Shown here: positions 17,396 through 23,065 of the stretch, in pieces | Numbering within the stretch: the first letter of the stretch is position 1 | Layout of the letters: each line of letters opens with the position of its first letter | DNA from: Elainellaceae cyanobacterium | GTDB lineage: Bacteria > Cyanobacteriota > Cyanobacteriia > CAZCXK01 | DNA length: 23,065 nt | NCBI GenBank assembly: GCA_051117555.1 | Contig: JBNPEG010000093.1 | Coordinates: 1 to 23,065, forward strand | Reading direction: 5' to 3' | The notes under the pieces: model-generated | Databases searched by the model: none | What the model saw: only the letters and a program-made list of their open reading frames with translations | What the model was told of the DNA's origin: nothing | Translations under genes and position numbers: made by a program

Positions 17396-18634
17396 TTACC
17401 CCACGGATGACGCAGCATTAAGCTGACATCGTCTGATTAGCTTGCTTAAGCCCAGCACACCAAACAGCAAAATACCTTTGCCGAAGCCAGGTTCGGGTAC
17501 AGACTCAGCTACATCCAAATTGACGGGACTGGATGGCAATGTCAAGTTGCTGCTGCCTAAAAATTGCCCGTTTACATGCGATCGCGAACTTGAACGTTCC
17601 ACATCCCACCCAATCACATCGAAAGCCAAAAGATCAAGGCTGGAGATGCTGAGCGATTCTCCAGTCCGAATATCAGGATCCATGATGCCGAGATTTTGTC
17701 CATTTTTCCAGTGACTCGTAGCTTTGCCATCACCGTTGAAAGTGCCCGTGGAAAAGTTTCCGAGTGGAGTCTGCCCACCATCGATAGAAAAGTACTTGGG
17801 ATTTGATCCGGCTGTCCAATCGATCACCCCATCGCCGTAGGCGACGCTCTCATCCGAGAAGCGAAATAAGTCGAGGGTGCTAACCCCTGCAAATGTATCT
17901 TCAGGGAAGTAGAACTCATTTCGATTGACCTGAAACGGACTGTATTGGTCTAGCAAGTCGACACCACTGATAAAGCCGAGAGCATGACCGATTTCATGGG
18001 TCGCAACGCTGATAAAGTCAAATGCTCCAGTTGCGATGCCGTCCTCAGGGATAAAATCCCAATTAATGTCGGAGTTGAATGTGATGGAACCGTCTTGGCC
18101 TGTATTACTCTGCAAGCCTAATGATTTGGCGTTGGCACTAGTGATTCGGATCTGACGGTTGTTTTTGCTGCCATCATTATCTAAATATGCCGTTGAGCTT
18201 CCGTATCCGTTGGGATTATCGCTGGTGTAGTTAATGAGTAGGTCGAAAGCGGAAGTGCTCTGAAGACTGCTGGTTGCGATCGCATCGTTGGAGGAGGTGA
18301 CATCTCTTGATAAGGCATCCAGTACCGCGTCATAGCTATACTTCACCTCGACGGGCAGCGTGGTTCCTAAAACGCTCGAATTCAGGCGCTCGAATCCAAT
18401 ATTAAGATTGATAACCACATCGTCTTGAAGTCGAGACGACCACGGCTGGCTAGCCGTCGTAAATGCATCGAGGGCTTGTTGGGATGTAGCACCGTTCGAT
18501 TGGATATTAAACGACACAGCTTGGGCTATGCGGAGTCCAATACTGTTATCAGCAATTAGGATGAAAGTCAGTGCCGAAACAATCTTGATCGGCAAAAGCT
18601 TAGGGGGGTTATTCAAAACGGTCACCATGGTCAC
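17396..18634 (-). CDS. PEP-CTERM-anchored zinc metalloprotease (NF038122-like), intact active site
   Basis: Signal ending AQA; TSANAKSLG; HEIGHALGF at 17984-17998 (HEIGH); LDLFRFS; SHWK; GIMDP; D..AFDVIGWD; VPEP, TM and basic tail. Confidence 0.9.
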   Translation of the reverse strand: MTMVTVLNNPPKLLPIKIVSALTFILIADNSIGLRIAQAVSFNIQSNGATSQQALDAFTTASQPWSSRLQDDVVINLNIGFERLNSSVLGTTLPVEVKYSYDAVLDALSRDVTSSNDAIATSSLQSTSAFDLLINYTSDNPNGYGSSTAYLDNDGSKNNRQIRITSANAKSLGLQSNTGQDGSITFNSDINWDFIPEDGIATGAFDFISVATHEIGHALGFISGVDLLDQYSPFQVNRNEFYFPEDTFAGVSTLDLFRFSDESVAYGDGVIDWTAGSNPKYFSIDGGQTPLGNFSTGTFNGDGKATSHWKNGQNLGIMDPDIRTGESLSISSLDLLAFDVIGWDVERSSSRSHVNGQFLGSSNLTLPSSPVNLDVAESVPEPGFGKGILLFGVLGLSKLIRRCQLNAASSVG

Positions 18635-18773
18635 TGGAAAATCATGAATTCGGTTCGCTGTAACTGACTACCTTGCGCTGGCAGATCACCCAAATCGCTA
18701 CAGCACACGACGAAACGAATCGATCGTGAATGTTAAGGAATGTGACAGTACATTTTTGTTGAGATCTTACGAG

Positions 18774-18986
18774 ATGTAGCGATCTTAAATCGCTTATGAA
18801 TTGTGTATGCGTTTAGCGCATGTGTGAGATCCCCCGCTGATGCTGCCCCCTTAAAAAGGGGCTATTTACAGGGTGTTGAAGTCCCCCTTTTCAAGGGGGA
18901 TTTAGGGGGATCTCTAGGGCGTTACGCTAAATACATACCGGGCGCCGCCCGCCCCACCGCTCACAACCCATCTGAGATTGCTACAT
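18774..18986. repeat. composite repeat: family-A element carrying nested inverted-repeat elements
   Basis: Outer IR ATGTAGCGATC/GATTGCTACAT, homologous to 1018-1108; middle IR at 18805-18818/18925-18938; inner IR GAGATCCCCC/GGGGGATCTC (18826-18914) with two CCCCCTT..AAGGGG hairpins. Confidence 0.75.
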
Positions 18987-19425
18987 TAGCGTAGTAGAAG
19001 ACTAGCAACGTTTGTGTAGATCCTAGGATTGATTTCACTCAAAGTTTATAAATCTACAGGCTCACTTTATCCGTGCTTTACGCTAGTTAGATTTTATACT
19101 GATTTTTCCATTCTCCTCTTAGCGGTAATCTTCTGTCATAGAAGAACGATAGATATGCTGCATGGTGTTGCTGGATCTGAGCTATTGATAATCATCCTAC
19201 TACAGTCTCATGCTTTCGCGTCAGGCCATCGAAGTTTGCCAATCCCCTCTATGCTGTCTTGACGATTCCCAGCATAGGGCACGTTCTTGCGAATTGGCAT
19301 TGAACATTCAATACACGTTGCATGGATGATAGACCCGAAATTTTACTGAGTCGGTCTTAAGATTGTGGCGTTGCTGATCGGGGGATGAACTCTTTATAAG
19401 ATGGTGATACCGATATCGATTCAGT

Positions 19426-20865
19426 TCACTTTTCGGATAGGCGTTTGCGTTTGGCGATCGCCACAACGGCCCCTGCTGCTGTCATAGCGACTAGCCCCGA
19501 CATAGTAGACGGTTCAGGAACTGATACCGAGGGATTATCAGATCCATCAGATCCATCAGATCCATCAGATCCACCGTCATCAGATCCACCGTCATCAGAT
19601 CCACCGTCATCAGATCCACCGTTGTCAGGAGGAGGGTCAATTTCGATATTTCGCATGGGCGGAGGAAGTGATGGGTCGACCAAATCCCAGCCAATCACAT
19701 CAAACGCGCGCTGATCGTTTCGGGTAAATTCAAAAAGCTGTCCTTCAGACGGACTGGGCTCCATAATTCCAAGATACTGCCCTGTAAGTTCGTCCGCTTT
19801 CCAACTTCCGGCTCGTTGCCCGTCGCCATTTCTTAGTCCCGTGGAAAATTCAGCAATTTCCGTCTGACACCCGTCAATCGAAAAGAATTTTCTCACCTCA
19901 TGACCCAATTCATCCGTTCGACCCGTTGTCCAGTCGATGATGTTTTGTTGCTCACCCGTATTTCTGTCTACAGACCGTAAACTCGCGTCGCAACTGTCTG
20001 GAGAAAATCGAAATAAATCAATTGGACTGACAAAGGGAAACTGATCGTCGTTGAAGTAAACAACGCTGCCATCATTTTGTGTTTGGGGACTATTGAAATC
20101 TAAAACATCGACCCCGCTGACAAATCCTAATAAGGTTCCAATCCCCTGAGTTGCAAGCCCGACAAAATCAAAGGTTCCAGGTGCAATACCATTACTGGCA
20201 TCGTAGTCCCACGCAAAGGTGTTATTAAGAATGATCGCGCCGTCACTCGCGCTGGTTTGTGCAGTAACTCCGCCTCCCGGAGAACAGTTGGTTGTCGTCG
20301 TCGTTGGCAATTTTAGTGCCTTGGCATTAGCGGTAGTAAGACGAACCGCGCGGTTGTTGCAGTCACCATCATTGTCTAAGGACGCATCTAAACTGCCTAT
20401 ACCGGATGGGTTATTTCGCGTGCCGTTGATCAGCAAATCAAATTCTGAATCGACGAGCATATCAAACCGTGCACCTGAGGGTAGGTTGGAGCTGGCGATC
20501 GCATCATCGAGGGATTTGACATCACTCCAAAGCGCGTCTGAGAAGGTTTGGTAGTCAACATTAATGCGAGATGGATTAAATTGACCGAGAGAACCAGACG
20601 CTATTGGCGAAAACCCTACATCGACGTTAATCGTGACATCATCATCAATTAAGGATGACCAGAGACCGGCTGCGTCATTAAAGCCCTGCACAACATCGGG
20701 GCTTGTATTGGGGGCATAGTTGAAATTAAAGCTAATAGCTTGAGCTTTGGGGGCTATGCCAGGAATTACCGCAAAAACAAGGGCAATTAATCGCAGTAAT
20801 CTCACAGATTGAATTTTGCGAGGGGAATCGACTTTCATGCCCGCTTGACCTACTAAGGACTTCAT
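19426..20865 (-). CDS. PEP-CTERM metalloprotease paralog lacking zinc ligands (pseudo-protease)
   Basis: Colinear with 17396..18634 (TTANAKAL, GF.SGVD.LD, IDLFRFS, FSIDG, GIMEP, AFDVIGWD), but HEIGH is QGIGT and SHW is GSW; signal AQA; VPEP, TM and KRKR. Confidence 0.88.
   Translation of the reverse strand: MKSLVGQAGMKVDSPRKIQSVRLLRLIALVFAVIPGIAPKAQAISFNFNYAPNTSPDVVQGFNDAAGLWSSLIDDDVTINVDVGFSPIASGSLGQFNPSRINVDYQTFSDALWSDVKSLDDAIASSNLPSGARFDMLVDSEFDLLINGTRNNPSGIGSLDASLDNDGDCNNRAVRLTTANAKALKLPTTTTTNCSPGGGVTAQTSASDGAIILNNTFAWDYDASNGIAPGTFDFVGLATQGIGTLLGFVSGVDVLDFNSPQTQNDGSVVYFNDDQFPFVSPIDLFRFSPDSCDASLRSVDRNTGEQQNIIDWTTGRTDELGHEVRKFFSIDGCQTEIAEFSTGLRNGDGQRAGSWKADELTGQYLGIMEPSPSEGQLFEFTRNDQRAFDVIGWDLVDPSLPPPMRNIEIDPPPDNGGSDDGGSDDGGSDDGGSDGSDGSDGSDNPSVSVPEPSTMSGLVAMTAAGAVVAIAKRKRLSEK
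19537..19623 (-). repeat. coding tandem repeats, (ATCAGATCC)x4 and (ACCGTCATCAGATCC)x3, encoding a GGSDD/GSD linker
   Basis: Read directly; lies just before the PEP-CTERM motif. Confidence 0.9.
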
Positions 20866-21320
20866 GGCTTCATGAGTTCATCTAAAGGCTATCCGTAAAT
20901 TCGCGCGACTGGTACTGAATCCAGCAAGCTTTATCTGAATTTTGCAGATTCGTCAATTGGGTTGATGAACGCTTAAGTATCTACACCCAAGATGTCTAAT
21001 TTTGAAAGGGAGTGATGGGTATGGACGCTTTGTGGCTACTCGCAGAAGAAACCGCGATTACGTAACCAAAATGCGCCTTCGCAGACTTGCGCAGACTCGT
21101 GCAAAATCACAGGAGTAGGACTCGCAGAAGTAGGTTATAGCCTATGGGGCTGGCTCCGCTATGCTTTGTTAGTGTTCGGATAACCTGCACGTGCAAAGCG
21201 TCTTTGTTAAGAAACCTTTAGTTGCCACAGCTACTTCAAATATCCTCTTAGACATCTCGCTATACACTGAATTGATACGGTTTGCCGCAATATCGAGACT
21301 ATAGATGCAACCCGTTTCGG

Positions 21321-22655
21321 TTAAAACAATGGCAGATTGACCCCAACATTGATCCCGAAAAGACCACTATCAAAGTCGATATTTGAGTCAGAAGAGTTCC
21401 CCAAACGGGCTCCTCCAAAGATGGAGATTTGCGTACTCCGAGAAAGTTGATACGACAATTGAGCAATCAATTGGTGATATCGATCGTTTCGGCTTTGCTG
21501 TGTGAAATCTATCAGAGCAAACTGATAAAACACATCTGCTCGAAGACGGGGTTGAATCTCATAGCCCAATGACACATGGAAAAGGTTGAACACCCGACTA
21601 CGAGTTTCTGGATCGGCCAAGCTTAATCGGGCTTGATAAGACGTATTCAAATATAAATCTTGGCTCAGGCGATCGCGCCGTCCAATCGCCAAACGAAACT
21701 GATGATCGTTTAAGAATCGGTCGTTATCGACTTCATCAAAAAGTTGTTGATTGAGCCATTTCACATCCAAATAGGTACGCCGAGTGAGCGCGTGATAGAC
21801 TCCGAGGCTGAACTGCAGTTCGTCGTAATTAAATTCAGTTTCATCAAAATAACGCAACAGTTCTCCGCTAACGAGAGCCGTCAGATAGGTCCGCTGTCCT
21901 ATTGGAGGAACGGCATATAGAGATAGCCCGGTTCGAAACAGCCCATCGTTTACCGGATCAATCTCGGACGAAAAAATATTGTCGCTCCAAAAGAAACCAA
22001 CTCGTCCCCGCAAGTATACTGAGGGGCGATCAGGGGTTACCCGAATTCCAGTTTCACGTAGACGCAAATTACCTAGTTCCGGATCACTGATATCTGCCGG
22101 ATCATATGGCAATTCACGCAAGCGTAATATGCCTAATTCTGGATCAGCATCGGGTTGTTCGGACGGCGATGGCTCCTCCGTCTGGCCTATCCGTGAGTCT
22201 GACAGGATCCTGTCAGGTCTTGAATTTGACTGACTGGCTTTCTGTTCAGTTGTGTTGTTCGTTTTTTTGTTCTGAAGGGTGTCAGTTAATGTCAATGCAG
22301 ACGTCGCGTGAGGGCTCCATATCCTCGATAAAGCGTCATTTGCCAACGAGGATTCAAGCAAGGACGTCTCAGAGTTTACGGGTGACAATGCTCTTAAATC
22401 TGCACGGACTGTTTGACTCTCTATTGGATCTTCTATCGGATAGGCATCTCGTTTAGATGAGAGAGCTTGCATCGTTGGCTCACACTCGTTTGCTGAAATG
22501 GTGGATGTCATCCGGGTAAATGTATTGTTATCTTCCGACATTGACCACACCGGATCAGCAGCTATCAAACTCATTCCAAATACGAGATAGCCGACCAGCC
22601 TCAGCAAAAGGGCAGTAACAGAGTGGTCAAGCATGGTAGATTTTCCCCCAGTCAT
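21321..22655 (-). CDS. outer-membrane beta-barrel protein with a disordered N-terminal extension
   Basis: Hydrophobic N-terminal signal; C-terminal ~230 aa of alternating aromatic/hydrophobic strands (SDNIFS motif); terminal GINVGVNLPLF ending in Phe (BAM-type signal). Confidence 0.8.
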   Translation of the reverse strand: MTGGKSTMLDHSVTALLLRLVGYLVFGMSLIAADPVWSMSEDNNTFTRMTSTISANECEPTMQALSSKRDAYPIEDPIESQTVRADLRALSPVNSETSLLESSLANDALSRIWSPHATSALTLTDTLQNKKTNNTTEQKASQSNSRPDRILSDSRIGQTEEPSPSEQPDADPELGILRLRELPYDPADISDPELGNLRLRETGIRVTPDRPSVYLRGRVGFFWSDNIFSSEIDPVNDGLFRTGLSLYAVPPIGQRTYLTALVSGELLRYFDETEFNYDELQFSLGVYHALTRRTYLDVKWLNQQLFDEVDNDRFLNDHQFRLAIGRRDRLSQDLYLNTSYQARLSLADPETRSRVFNLFHVSLGYEIQPRLRADVFYQFALIDFTQQSRNDRYHQLIAQLSYQLSRSTQISIFGGARLGNSSDSNIDFDSGLFGINVGVNLPLF

Positions 22656-23065
22656 AGGCTGCTGATAGTAAGCAATAGCTCTGCTTACACCTGGAGTTTA
22701 GACTAAGTTGAAGCATCTCTACCAAGGAGTACAATGCCAAAAGCGTTAAATTTCAAGCTATACAGCTTTCGACACAGGACTCTCTAGTCATCATTTCGTA
22801 TTTATTAGGTTTTTTGGTGGACAGATGCAATGACTCGAACTCCTTAATAAATACGAAAACTTCTCTCAGTGAAGCCCTAAATGACGAGGAATCGTCGGAT
22901 CAGTACTCAAATTTGAATAGATTTAGTCTAAACTCCAATTACACCGAATCTTGGCTAAAAAAACAAATGACTCACCCATAATTACGCACGTTTCGCTTGA
23001 GTGGATGTCATTCAAAACTTAACCATCAAGTTGAACACCCTGCGATTCCAGGTGCTATAAATTTT

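Larger units (their letters stand above)
235..21676. repeat. HIP1 octamer GCGATCGC, dispersed
   Basis: At least 28 copies counted by eye (e.g. 235, 2010, 2413, 3047, 3546, 5667, 5713, 7124, 8387, 12290, 14701, 19454, 21669); a cyanobacterial hallmark. Confidence 0.95.

Noticed and set aside
19426..20865. Pseudogene call for the HExxH-less paralog
   Set aside because: Full-length ORF with intact signal peptide, sorting signal and conserved core; no frameshift or stop.
1745..22456. Numerous antisense or alternate-frame ORFs inside confident genes (e.g. 1745..2113, 4392..4802, 6992..7321, 20219..20554, 22106..22456)
   Set aside because: Shadow ORFs of well-supported CDSs.

Overview
Chromosomal window from a cyanobacterium. 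Evidence: petCA, at least 28 HIP1 octamers (GCGATCGC) counted by eye, and PEP-CTERM proteins. Housekeeping and metabolic genes: petC-petA, a GH57 branching enzyme, an FAD-dependent amine oxidoreductase, a PEP-synthase-like protein with a degenerate ATP-grasp domain, ilvN and a YqiA-type esterase. The most interesting accessory content is as follows. (1) A minus-strand run of an outer-membrane beta-barrel, a PEP-CTERM metalloprotease paralog that has lost all predicted zinc and catalytic residues, an intact PEP-CTERM metalloprotease, and a degenerate CRP-like protein. (2) A PrsW-family intramembrane protease next to a single-pass acidic membrane protein; the two share the same ~90-aa N-terminal domain, suggesting a protease/substrate pair. 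(3) A 5.3-7.0 kb intergenic island with a small SH3/KOW-like ORF, a hairpin-rich candidate ncRNA and long palindromes. Intergenic regions also contain several ~80-210 bp inverted-repeat-bounded dispersed repeats (one nested) and short tandem repeats. All family assignments come from motif recognition by eye; no searches were run.
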